A DNA stretch of 64,000 nucleotides from Candidatus Altiarchaeota archaeon. GTDB taxonomy: Archaea > Altiarchaeota > Altiarchaeia > IMC4 > SCGC-AAA252-I15. Of this stretch, positions 19,348 through 28,444 are shown piece after piece. The notes under the pieces are model-generated. The model worked only from the letters and a program-made list of their open reading frames with translations, searched no databases and had not been told where the DNA came from. The translations under genes and the position numbers were made by a program. Within the stretch, counting starts at the first letter, position 1. Each line of letters starts with the position of its first letter. The stretch is from NCBI GenBank assembly GCA_043804895.1, contig JAZDIN010000024.1:11828-75827 (forward strand). Reading direction: 5' to 3'.

Positions 19348-19449
19348 TACAAATACGCGAGTATTCTTACTCGCTTCTACCTCCTATCTGTTTTTTGCTT
19401 TTTGGCATTTTGAGCATATTTGGAATAGACCGCAGCCAGGCTGCGGGTG
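19345..19449 (-). repeat. Structured intergenic element, family 1 copy B
   Basis: CCGCAGCC-T-GGCTGCGG hairpin, GCTCAAAATGC..., GGAGGT, hairpin, ends TCGCGTATTTGTAATG on the permease start. Confidence 0.7.
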
Positions 19450-20433
19450 TTATCTTCCCCTCTTTTTCATGAACTCCTTGATAGACTCCTTCCCGTCAGC
19501 ATGTTCGCTTCGAAGATCTCTGCCGACGTAATGGAGGAACACGTCGTTCAGGGTTGGCGTGCGTATCTCAAGCGAGAGAATCTTGATTCCATTCTCTGCC
19601 GCGAATTCGAATATCTTCGGGACTGAACTCGCACCATCATTCAACACCAGCTGAACCTTCTCACCCACCCGAATAGTCTTCACGAAATCAAGACCCTCAA
19701 ACGATGACGCCTTAGACTTGTCATCCAACACCAGCGAAGCCACATCCTCCCCTATCTCACGTATAAGCTCCTTCGGACTGTCCAAAGCCACAACACGGCC
19801 AGAATCTATGATGCCGACCCTGTCGCATAAAAGTTCGGCCTCGTCCATGTAATGGGTGGTCAACACTATCGTGATATCCTCATCAACCGACAGCCTCTTG
19901 ATGTAATCCCATACCTTCGCCCTAGTCTGCGGGTCAAGGCCTATCGTAGGCTCATCAAGGAACAACACCTTAGGGTGGTGTATCAGGCCTCGCGCAATCT
20001 CCAGCCGCCTCCTCATCCCGCCGGAGTAGTTCTTCACAGGCTCATCGGCTCGGCTGTCGAGTTCGACCAGCCTAAGAAGCTCCGCAATCCTCTCTCGCTG
20101 CAGCTGAGGCTCCACCTCATAGAGTTCAGCATGCATCTCCAGGTTCTCGCGGCCTGTGAGCCTGTTGTCGATGCTCGGATCCTGGAACACGATACCTATC
20201 GACTTCCTCACCTCATGCGGGTCCTCTACCACGTCAAACCCGTTAACAGACGCAGAACCGGACGTCGGCCTCAGGATTGTACAGAGCATGTTCAAGGTAG
20301 TGGACTTCCCAGCACCATTCGGCCCCAGAAGGCCGAAAACCTCCCCAGACTCGACTTGGACGTTAAGCCTGTCAACGGCCGTGACGTCGCCGAACCTCCG
20401 AGTCAAATCATGAGTTTCAATCGAGTACACCAA
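19450..20433 (-). CDS. ABC exporter ATP-binding protein (DrrA-like)
   Basis: GPNGAGKS, YSGGM and LDEPT motifs. Confidence 0.95.
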   Translation of the reverse strand: MVYSIETHDLTRRFGDVTAVDRLNVQVESGEVFGLLGPNGAGKSTTLNMLCTILRPTSGSASVNGFDVVEDPHEVRKSIGIVFQDPSIDNRLTGRENLEMHAELYEVEPQLQRERIAELLRLVELDSRADEPVKNYSGGMRRRLEIARGLIHHPKVLFLDEPTIGLDPQTRAKVWDYIKRLSVDEDITIVLTTHYMDEAELLCDRVGIIDSGRVVALDSPKELIREIGEDVASLVLDDKSKASSFEGLDFVKTIRVGEKVQLVLNDGASSVPKIFEFAAENGIKILSLEIRTPTLNDVFLHYVGRDLRSEHADGKESIKEFMKKRGR

Positions 20434-20600
20434 GACACCTCAAAAATACTTCAACAATATAGGAACAGGAGGATTAATTAGCAATCAAAAAAGGCTCATG
20501 GAATGCCCCTATGAGGTGCATTGCGAAAATTTTGATTGCATTAACTATCCTTGAGGGAGACGTTTTCGGGGGCCTATAGGCTCCGCCAGCAAGTCAGAGG

Positions 20601-21092
20601 TTAGGGGCGTTTAATGTTCTCAGAGATGATTGCAGCGGCGAGTCTCGCATCATCGTCTGCCAGAAACACTTTTTTTGCTTCAGTCAACATCAAGTTTATG
20701 GCACCGTTCTCGTTCAGCAGGTTAAGCTTGAGGCACGTCTCGAAATGGCTTTCATCCGGGGTCAATCGACAAGCAAGTTTTTTCACTACTATCCTCATCT
20801 CGTCACTTAGGTTAGTCTTATCGGCTGTGAGATTGAGCAGCTCAGACAGCCTTTGTAATCCATCCAACTTTGTATTCTGGTCTGCTACAGCAAGGAAAAG
20901 CAGGCATGATGCGGCAGCGTTGGCTACGACGGGCGTAGAATCCGGATGTTTTTGGTCAGGTTCTCCTACTATGCGACCTAGAGCACTACGCACGATATTA
21001 ACCATGTCACCAGCCCTTTCCGACACGCCAAGAGGAAGTTCTGGCTGTCTGCTTACCCGCCCAGATTGCGATTCTTCTCTATTCATATCCAC
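20601..21092 (-). CDS. Hypothetical protein
   Basis: GGAGGTG Shine-Dalgarno; follows the HD-domain gene closely. Confidence 0.6.
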   Translation of the reverse strand: MDMNREESQSGRVSRQPELPLGVSERAGDMVNIVRSALGRIVGEPDQKHPDSTPVVANAAASCLLFLAVADQNTKLDGLQRLSELLNLTADKTNLSDEMRIVVKKLACRLTPDESHFETCLKLNLLNENGAINLMLTEAKKVFLADDDARLAAAIISENIKRP

Positions 21093-21100
21093 ACCTCCCT

Positions 21101-23131
21101 TTAAGACTGACCAAGACGTCGAATCTCCTCATCCAACAGCCTCTTCCGTTGTTCATTGATTCCCCGTTTCCTTGCGGAGATTATTTCCTCGGGGGTCTTT
21201 CCCGATTCGCTGATAATCGTCTGGTAGTCCCGTTCATCCAAGTCCCTGCGAATCAAACTTGCGGCAGTCTCGAGCCGTTGCGCATCGCCTTCAGGGCCGA
21301 GATTCGCCTCACACGCCGCAAGATCGTTGTCCAGAAATACATAATTCTGGAACTGGCTGTCGCCTATTAAAGCCGTGATTCGCTGCTGGTAGTCGGTCTC
21401 CGGAGACTGCGCCCTCCTATCGCCGGTGGAAGGCTGTATCCTGACCGCGTCGCTGTCTATTGCCCCGCCAGCGTTCATACTAGCCGAAACAGACTCCTTA
21501 TCCTTCCCTGTTACGTCGGAGCAGAACTTCACAAGCTGTTCATACGACTTCATGCCAAATAACTTAATGACCTCCTGATGAATCGCCGACTCCTGCACGT
21601 CAATCACCAGTTTGCCTGTCGAATCAACCGTCATTGAAGGCTGGTTTCCGCAAATCCTGCCCACGGTGAACTTATAAGCTTCCGGCCCAATGCTCTCCGC
21701 CGCTTTAGCAAGGCCCTCTTTCTCATCTTCAGAGAGGTCGTCCCTAGCCTTGATTCTCTTTACCAGAATCCCCTTCAGTGCGTCTATAACCCCGTCCCGC
21801 TCCTTTGCCCTTGGGCTGGTCTTGTCCTTGGAGTCGACGTCAGCGTATATCTCGCCAGCAGTCTTCAAAAGCCTCATGACTCTCAGGGAGTCTTCGACCG
21901 TATAGAGCACTTCTGGGAGTTTGTCCTCGAACGCGTGGGTGTTGTCAGCGTTCCTGACTGCAGCCAGGATGTTCCGTTCCCTGACGCGATGCTTATCCTC
22001 ATCGGAGAGGCCTGCCCACTCGGCCTCAGGTTTGACGGTAAGCTTGCCTTCAGAGTAATCATGCGTTAGGACTGTCTTATGTATGACACCAATCTGCCCT
22101 GCAGAAAAAACCTTCGTTAGTGGGTCGCCCTCGCTCATCCCACGTTCTCGGACGTACCGCGCACCATGGATGTTATGTCCGTTGTCTATCCCAAACTCAC
22201 CCTTTCCTATACCTTCCCGGACATCCTGGTTGGCGTAGCCTATGTCGTGTATCTGGATGGCGATATGACCTATCAGTCGGTCAACAGCACTGAACTCCTG
22301 GCCTGCGTTCTTCAGACCTTCAAACTGCTGGTCAAACATCGCGAGGTCGTAGCCGATGTGCCGCATACCATGGTCTCCGAGGGTATTCCTGTGCGCTTCG
22401 CGGTCCTGGAAGGCCATGGCGGTAAGCTGTCTTTCCATCAACGCAAGGACGTCTTTGGCTAGGATATCCGCAGGTATGCCCCCCTGCTGCCGAGCCTCCA
22501 CTAGGAGTTTCATGCAGGCTCTCATCTCCGTCTTGGCAAGTCCCCGGCTTATTTCACTGGAGATTAGGCAGTCAGCTTCGGAATCCAGTATGCCGCCGAT
22601 TGTACTCAAAGCCTGTTCATCAAATGTTCTGTCACCCAAACCCCGGAGGGCATGTTCCCTCTTATCCATAGGGGGCCCGACCATCTTGGTTTCGAAAAAT
22701 TCCTGCATCTCCCTGTAGACGTATGAGGCTGAAGCTGGTTCGCCGTTATATATCCCCCCGAGCGCGGCGGCTTTTTCCGTGGCTTTTTGTCGGGCTTTTT
22801 CCGGGCCTAATTTTTTCTCAAGGTCCTTGAAAATTTTTTCCTCAAAATGCGGGAAGAAGTCCTGCTCGTCCTTCAGCATATCCGCGACCTGGTATCGATT
22901 TAAGGTGCCGCCGTACATACCCGCCTGGGCTAATAAGGCTTGATTCACCACCACCCCCACTGTAGCGTCAACGGGGGCCCCTACGGCTATCGTCTGCCTG
23001 CCGGCGAGTTTCCTTGCGTCGTATGCTGATGTCACACCCTCCCTAAGCTGGCTAATCTCACCTGCTAATTGTTCCTTAAGTTGTTCCGGGCTAAGAATCT
23101 GATTGGGTGCGACGGTAACTTCACGTGGCAT
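21101..23131 (-). CDS. Large HD-domain phosphohydrolase-like protein
   Basis: DHGMRH...HDIGY...GHNIHG...THD...NAD metal-binding pattern. Confidence 0.72.
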   Translation of the reverse strand: MPREVTVAPNQILSPEQLKEQLAGEISQLREGVTSAYDARKLAGRQTIAVGAPVDATVGVVVNQALLAQAGMYGGTLNRYQVADMLKDEQDFFPHFEEKIFKDLEKKLGPEKARQKATEKAAALGGIYNGEPASASYVYREMQEFFETKMVGPPMDKREHALRGLGDRTFDEQALSTIGGILDSEADCLISSEISRGLAKTEMRACMKLLVEARQQGGIPADILAKDVLALMERQLTAMAFQDREAHRNTLGDHGMRHIGYDLAMFDQQFEGLKNAGQEFSAVDRLIGHIAIQIHDIGYANQDVREGIGKGEFGIDNGHNIHGARYVRERGMSEGDPLTKVFSAGQIGVIHKTVLTHDYSEGKLTVKPEAEWAGLSDEDKHRVRERNILAAVRNADNTHAFEDKLPEVLYTVEDSLRVMRLLKTAGEIYADVDSKDKTSPRAKERDGVIDALKGILVKRIKARDDLSEDEKEGLAKAAESIGPEAYKFTVGRICGNQPSMTVDSTGKLVIDVQESAIHQEVIKLFGMKSYEQLVKFCSDVTGKDKESVSASMNAGGAIDSDAVRIQPSTGDRRAQSPETDYQQRITALIGDSQFQNYVFLDNDLAACEANLGPEGDAQRLETAASLIRRDLDERDYQTIISESGKTPEEIISARKRGINEQRKRLLDEEIRRLGQS

Positions 23132-23135
23132 GGCA

Positions 23136-23438
23136 TTACCTCAAATCCTTCTCAACTACATCATGCAAAGCCTTCAGGAACCTTAATTCGCTGGCACTTG
23201 AAACCTCCCCCACGTTAGCGTCCGCGACAAGGACTTCGTTGTTGGCTTTGTCCCAGATAAGCGAGAGATGCCTTGAAACAGGATTCCCAAACAACCCCCG
23301 AAGCTCCTCGTTAGAGTTGAAATCCCTGATGAGTTTTTCCAAGACGTCAAGGCGGACGGCGACAAGAGGCGTTGCCTTCATCTGGTTCATCCGCTCCTCA
23401 AGGTGTTTCCTACGCTCCTCGATAGACGACATATCCAT
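23136..23438 (-). CDS. Hypothetical protein
   Basis: First gene of the three-gene cluster; 4-nt gap to the next gene. Confidence 0.6.
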   Translation of the reverse strand: MDMSSIEERRKHLEERMNQMKATPLVAVRLDVLEKLIRDFNSNEELRGLFGNPVSRHLSLIWDKANNEVLVADANVGEVSSASELRFLKALHDVVEKDLR

Positions 23439-23586
23439 CCACTAAGAGATTGGGAAAGGTTAGTATAAAAGACGGGCGCACAGAGCACCTTTGGTGCGGC
23501 TTTAGCTAGGATTGGACTTGAAGACTCGTTTCATCAGTCCCTAAAAATCGCCGAACAATTCTTGATAAGAAAGAAGAAAGGTGCTG

Positions 23587-23747
23587 CGCCTCCGCAAGGA
23601 CTTGAACCTTGGACCACTCGATATCAGCAACCTGCCTGATTCCATCCTTTTTGAGCTTTATTTTCTTTTGGGGATGAAACCCTTTTCTTTTTTTAAAAGA
23701 AAAGGGGTTCTAACAGTCGAGCGCTCTACCAGCTGAGCTACAGAGGC
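23587..23747 (-). tRNA. tRNA-Asn(GTT) with 88-nt intron at 37/38 (intron 23623-23710)
   Basis: 5' exon GCCTCTGTAGCTCAG...CTGTTA; 3' exon ATCGAG...GTTCAAGTCC...GGAGGCG; relaxed bulge-helix-bulge. Confidence 0.92.
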
Positions 23748-23820
23748 TTTGTGTGTTTGTTATTGTGTGGGTTTGAATAAAAAAGTTTGTTGGGCTGGTG
23801 TTTAACCAGCCCATTGTAAC

Positions 23821-24405
23821 TTATTTGCCTTTTCTTCCTTGGGCTCGTAGGCTTGGCCGTATTTTTTCAGCGCCTTTGCCGCGGTTTCTTAGGCCTCTGC
23901 CTTTTTTGCCTGCTGGTGTTAGTCCTTGGAATACGCGACCTTTGTGTGCTCTTGCCAGCCAGCCGATTGTGGGGTCGTTTATGATGGCTGGGTGGTGTGG
24001 GTCTACCATGATGACCTCGTACCATTTGTTGCGGCCGTCGTCGAGGACCCAGTATGATGCGAGTGTTTGCATGTTGGTGTAGTGTTGTTGGGCTCTCTCT
24101 TCCGCCATCCTTTGGGTGCTTTTGGCTGCGGTTATCTTGCTGACTCCCATTCCGGCTGGTTTTCTGCCGCGGCTTGGCCTGGCTTTTCTGAGGCCGCCTC
24201 TTCTGACTTTCACCCTGGTGATTAGGAATCCTTGTTTGGCGCGGTAGCCGTATTGTCTTGCCTTGTCAGGTCTTGTGGGGTGTTCTACCCGCACGATGGG
24301 CGGCTCCCTCCGCCATCTCATCTTCCGTTCGGAGAGCACGTCTCCGAGCTGCTTCATCGATTCCTTGTTCTTGTACAACGCCTTCACGTATTTTTGGTAT
24401 CCCAT
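23821..24405 (-). CDS. rpl15e: 50S ribosomal protein eL15
   Basis: PTRPDKARQYGYRAKQG and KWYEVIMVDPHHP motifs. Confidence 0.97.
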   Translation of the reverse strand: MGYQKYVKALYKNKESMKQLGDVLSERKMRWRREPPIVRVEHPTRPDKARQYGYRAKQGFLITRVKVRRGGLRKARPSRGRKPAGMGVSKITAAKSTQRMAEERAQQHYTNMQTLASYWVLDDGRNKWYEVIMVDPHHPAIINDPTIGWLARAHKGRVFQGLTPAGKKGRGLRNRGKGAEKIRPSLRAQGRKGK

Positions 24406-24545
24406 TAGAATCCCTTTTTCCCGCTCGGATTCGCGACCTCATGATGGCCGATGGCCAACATGCGCCGATATTCGCCGCCTTTTGGGAATCACGAATATCG
24501 CGCGTCTGTGTCGTACATTTCCGCCTGCCTTTTGGCAGGATTGGG
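24406..24545 (-). promoter_or_regulatory. Putative structured eL15 mRNA leader
   Basis: Stems CCTGCC/GGCAGG, CGATATTCG/CGAATATCG and GGCC/GGCC directly upstream of rpl15e. Confidence 0.5.
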
Positions 24546-24611
24546 TGGAGGATATATACTGTAGGTGAGTTTATAAGCCGATATTTAAGTCGCTTGGTGT
24601 AAGTATATTGT

Positions 24612-25235
24612 ATGCCGTGGCGGAGGTTCATAAGGTGGTTTAAGGGCATATTCGGCAAGCGTAAGGTGATTCGCCTCGGTTTGTATGGGCCTCCGAATTC
24701 TGGGAAGACGACGCTTGCTAACAAGATTTCTGTTGATTGGACTGGTGAGCCTGTGGGGTCGGTGTCTGAGGTGCCGCATGAGACGCGTGAGGTGCAGAAG
24801 AAGGAGCATGTGACTGTGGAGTGCGATGGCAGGAAGATTGAGATGAACCTCTTGGACATGCCTGGGATTGCGACGAAGATAGATTTTGAGGAGTTCATCA
24901 AGTTCGGGTTGAGCAGGAGCGAGGCGCAGAAGAGGGCGAAGGAGGCGACGAAGGGCGTGATTGAGGCTATCAAGTGGCTTGAGAACGTCGACACTGCGTT
25001 GGTTGTGATGGACAGCAGCGAGGACCCTTACACGCAGGTTAACATCACTATAATCGGGAATCTTGAGGCTAGGAACATCCCGGTCATCATTGTGGCGAAC
25101 AAGATTGATTTGAAGAACGCGAAGCCTGAGAACATCAGGGAGGCGTTCCCGCAGCATCCTGTAGTTGGGGTGTCCGGGCTCAGGGGCGACCACATTGACG
25201 AGTTGTACAGGGCTATCGCGACGCATTCAAGGTAA
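24612..25235 (+). CDS. oapA: Era-like GTPase OapA
   Basis: GPPNSGKT, DMPG and NKID motifs; first of the GTPase/DUF2073/Zn-ribbon triad. Confidence 0.85.
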   Translation: MPWRRFIRWFKGIFGKRKVIRLGLYGPPNSGKTTLANKISVDWTGEPVGSVSEVPHETREVQKKEHVTVECDGRKIEMNLLDMPGIATKIDFEEFIKFGLSRSEAQKRAKEATKGVIEAIKWLENVDTALVVMDSSEDPYTQVNITIIGNLEARNIPVIIVANKIDLKNAKPENIREAFPQHPVVGVSGLRGDHIDELYRAIATHSR

Positions 25236-25237
25236 AG

Positions 25238-25621
25238 ATGGAGATTCAGATCGAATTCATCGGAGGGGATGTGTTGTCTGAGATGAGCACTGACGAGAAG
25301 ATGAGCTACATCCTAGAACATGTGAAAGATGATAAAATCCTGGTCATCGAGGAGGGTATGTCGCCGCTTGAGGAAAGCGCTCTCATAGAGGCTACGATGG
25401 CAAAGGTCACTAAGAAGTTCCCTGGCATTGAGGTGTCGACCCTGAGGGAGAAGACTGAGGAGGGCATCAGGGAGAAGCTCATCAGGATGCTTGGGGGCAG
25501 GACAGGCGGGCTGACTGTCATCGGGCCGTCGAAGATTATCAGACAGATTAAGAAGGACCCGAGGAGGATTACGATGCTCGCAGGCGACGAGGTTGTTGAG
25601 GAGAAGAAGAGGAAACAGTAA
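25238..25621 (+). CDS. oapB: DUF2073 family protein OapB
   Basis: LVIEEGMSPLEESALIEATM...FPGIE...LTVIGP. Confidence 0.82.
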   Translation: MEIQIEFIGGDVLSEMSTDEKMSYILEHVKDDKILVIEEGMSPLEESALIEATMAKVTKKFPGIEVSTLREKTEEGIREKLIRMLGGRTGGLTVIGPSKIIRQIKKDPRRITMLAGDEVVEEKKRKQ

Positions 25622-25672
25622 CCGCGGGGATACCTTCTGACTTTTTAGCCGCTGTTTTCAATTAATGTCTGT

Positions 25673-26053
25673 ATGCCACACAAGTGCGCCCGGTGTTCTG
25701 CAATCTACGACGAGAAGGCTAAGGAGCTTATCGTCGGGTGCGGGTGCGGCAGTAAGGTGTTCCTTTACCTGAGGGCTGACTATGCTGGTTCGAAGGAGGA
25801 TACTGTGAGGGTTCTGGAGGATAGGAGAGTAGATGAGAGGGACCTCAAGTGGCTTGACGACGAGTTCAAGGACACGCTCAGGGGGGAAGGTAAGACTGTG
25901 AGCTTGGACATCGAAAACGTACTCAGGATTGACGAAGGCAAGTACGAGCTGGACTTGAAGAGGCTGATGAGCGGAGAGCCCGTAGTCATAAAGGCTTCCG
26001 AAGGCGTCTATTACATTGACATAAAGTACGGTATGAAGCCTAAGAGGAAATAG
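25673..26053 (+). CDS. oapC: Zn-ribbon protein OapC (DUF2072)
   Basis: MPHKCARC...GCGCGSKVFLY; GKYELDL. Confidence 0.85.
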   Translation: MPHKCARCSAIYDEKAKELIVGCGCGSKVFLYLRADYAGSKEDTVRVLEDRRVDERDLKWLDDEFKDTLRGEGKTVSLDIENVLRIDEGKYELDLKRLMSGEPVVIKASEGVYYIDIKYGMKPKRK

Positions 26054-26175
26054 AGCGAATGACATGGGTTGTTGAACCTTGGCTTGTTGGAAATCAGCCA
26101 AATTTCTATGTCATTCGCTATATTCGATAGCAAATGTACATTGTCAAAAGTTCAAATACATTTGCTATCGTCTAT
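26050..26175 (+). repeat. Twin-hairpin structured element, family 2 copy 1
   Basis: Two 14-bp stems (26054-67/26106-19 and 26125-38/26157-70), ATATT linker, complementary loops TTGAAC/GTTCAA. Confidence 0.7.
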
Positions 26176-26211
26176 AGGTTCTTTTAATGCGAAAAATAAT
26201 AACATACTGCC

Positions 26212-27543
26212 ATGATACACCCAATCGAAGGCAGGTACGGCCGCAAGGAGGTTAAGGCCATCTTCGAGGAGGAGAACAAGCTCCAGAGGATGCTGGATGT
26301 TGAGGCTGCCCTCGCGAGGGCTCATGCTAGGGTAGGGGACATCCCGAAGAAGGACGGTAACGTCATAACGCTGAAGGCGAACGTCAAGCATGTGAAGTTG
26401 GAGGCTGTTAAGGAGATTGAGGCTGAGATAAATCATGACGTCATGGCTGTTGTTAAGGCGTTGAGTAAAGAGTGCGGGTATTCAGGCAAGTACGTTCATC
26501 TTGGGGCGACAAGCAACGACATCACGGACACTGCGTTGGCTTTGCAGCTTAAGGATTACATCAAGTATCTTGGAGAGGGTTTGGCTGAGTTGAGGGATGA
26601 GCTTGCCAGGAAGGCGAGGGAGCACATCAAGACCGTCTGCATCGGCAGGACCCACGCCCAACATGCTGTCCCGACCACGTACGGACTCAAGTTCGCGATA
26701 TACGCCATGGAGGTGGACAGGCACATCCAGAGGCTGGATGAGGTGAAGGGGAGGATTCTCGTTGGGAAGATGAGCGGAGCTGTTGGGACGCAGGCTGCGC
26801 TTGGTAGGAATGCTATCGCGATACAGGAGCATGTGATGGAGCAGTTGGGTCTCGGGTGCGTTGAGGTCTCAAATCAGGTGGTGCAGCGTGACAGGCACGC
26901 TGAGTTCATGATGCTATTAGCCCTCATAGCCGAGACCTTGAACAAGTTAGCGACTGAGGTGAGGAACCTCCAGAGGACTGAGATAGACGAGGTCAGGGAG
27001 GGGTTCGGTAAGAAGCAGGTCGGCTCCTCGACGATGCCGCATAAGATGAATCCGATACACGCTGAGAGGATTTGTGGGGTGTCTAGGGTCATCAAGGCGG
27101 ATGCTATGGCGTCGCTGGAGAACATCGCACTATGGCATGAGAGGGACCTCACGAACTCAAGCTGCGAGCGCATTATAATACCCGAATCATGCATACTCAC
27201 AGATTACATTCTGCGTTTGAGCATCGACCTTGTCAGGAATCTTGTCTTCAACATGGAGAACATCAGAAGGAACCTTGACATGACCCAGGGGAGAATCATG
27301 GCAGAGTCTGTGATGATGAGGATGGTTGGGAAGGGTTACGGCAGGCAGGAGGCCCATGAGGTCGTGAGGGAGTGCGCTCTCGAAAGCTACAGAAAGGGGA
27401 GGCCGTTGAAGGACATGCTGATGGGCAACGCTACTGTGAGGAAGCATCTGAGTGAGGCTGAGATTGACGATGCACTCAACCCCGGGAAGTACATAGGTAC
27501 TGCGGAGGAGCAGGTCAGAGCAGCCCTCAAAAAGTTTTCCTGA
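26212..27543 (+). CDS. purB: Adenylosuccinate lyase
   Basis: HLGATSND, GRTH and GSSTMPHKMNP signature. Confidence 0.96.
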   Translation: MIHPIEGRYGRKEVKAIFEEENKLQRMLDVEAALARAHARVGDIPKKDGNVITLKANVKHVKLEAVKEIEAEINHDVMAVVKALSKECGYSGKYVHLGATSNDITDTALALQLKDYIKYLGEGLAELRDELARKAREHIKTVCIGRTHAQHAVPTTYGLKFAIYAMEVDRHIQRLDEVKGRILVGKMSGAVGTQAALGRNAIAIQEHVMEQLGLGCVEVSNQVVQRDRHAEFMMLLALIAETLNKLATEVRNLQRTEIDEVREGFGKKQVGSSTMPHKMNPIHAERICGVSRVIKADAMASLENIALWHERDLTNSSCERIIIPESCILTDYILRLSIDLVRNLVFNMENIRRNLDMTQGRIMAESVMMRMVGKGYGRQEAHEVVRECALESYRKGRPLKDMLMGNATVRKHLSEAEIDDALNPGKYIGTAEEQVRAALKKFS

Positions 27544-28444
27544 TTAGGTCGTCTATCAGGTGGTCTGCGCTGAATCCGAAGTTCTTGCTGTCCTGGTTCA
27601 TCACAAGCCTGTGCCTGAGTATCGGGTGGGCTAGTTCGACAACGTCTTGTGTGGTTGCCTGCCGCCCCCCCATGAGGAATGCCCTGGTTTTCACAGCCTT
27701 TGTGTAAAGTACTGTCGCCCTCGTGCTAGCCCCTGCCACGACCTCTTTCCTAGCCCTTGACGCTGCTGCTAATGCGATTATGGAGTCTATGACCCCGTCG
27801 GGAACGTCGATTTCGGACTTTATGCGCTCCTGTATGGCGAGCACTTCAGCTGGTGTAAATAGTTTGCTCACCTTAACTGAGCTGACGCTCGACTTTATCG
27901 CCTCCCTCTCATCGTCAGGGGTGAGGTAGGTCATGTGCGATTTCAGTAGGAACCGGTCCTGCTGCGCTTCGGGCAGTGGGTAGGTGCCCTCACACTCTAT
28001 CGGGTTCTGGGTCGCGATGACGAAGAAGGGCTCTGGGAGGATGTGAGTCTGCCCGGCAACTGTCACGCTCCTTTCTGACATCGCCTCAAGGAACGCTGAC
28101 TGCGTCTTAGGTTGGGCGCGGTTTATCTCATCGACGAGTAGCACGTTGGTGAACAGCGGACCAGCCCCGAAGAACCTGCCTCCCAACTCCTCGTCAGAGT
28201 ACATGTCGCCTATGATGTCACGGGGAGCTAGGTCTGGGGTGCATTGTATCCGCTTGAATGCCATATCCATTATCTCAGCTATCGTCCTTGCCATCAGGGT
28301 CTTCCCGAGGCCTGGGGGGCTTTCGATGAGTATGTGCCCTGATGAGAGGATGCATATGAGTATGTCTTCTATGACGTCTTTGTTTCCGATTACCCTCCTT
28401 CCTATCTCCCTGCGCATGAGGTCTATCCTCTCGTGTTCCTTCAT
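27527..28444 (-). CDS. MoxR family AAA+ ATPase
   Basis: PGLGKT, RIQCTPDL, DEINRA, ATQNPIECEGTYPLPEAQQDRF; likely start MKEHE. Confidence 0.93.
   Translation of the reverse strand: MKEHERIDLMRREIGRRVIGNKDVIEDILICILSSGHILIESPPGLGKTLMARTIAEIMDMAFKRIQCTPDLAPRDIIGDMYSDEELGGRFFGAGPLFTNVLLVDEINRAQPKTQSAFLEAMSERSVTVAGQTHILPEPFFVIATQNPIECEGTYPLPEAQQDRFLLKSHMTYLTPDDEREAIKSSVSSVKVSKLFTPAEVLAIQERIKSEIDVPDGVIDSIIALAAASRARKEVVAGASTRATVLYTKAVKTRAFLMGGRQATTQDVVELAHPILRHRLVMNQDSKNFGFSADHLIDDLIRKTF

Noticed and set aside
20570-20600. att duplication of the tRNA-Asn 3' end bounding the islet
   Set aside because: Only about 6 nt (CTCCGC) match, and no integrase is present.
23480-23560. Hammerhead ribozyme (minus-strand CUGAUGA)
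   Set aside because: No stem II followed by GAAA in the right position.
26054-26211. oriC or canonical purine riboswitch upstream of purB
   Set aside because: No ORB motifs or cdc6; purine-riboswitch core nucleotides and stem lengths do not match, and a homologous copy precedes galU.
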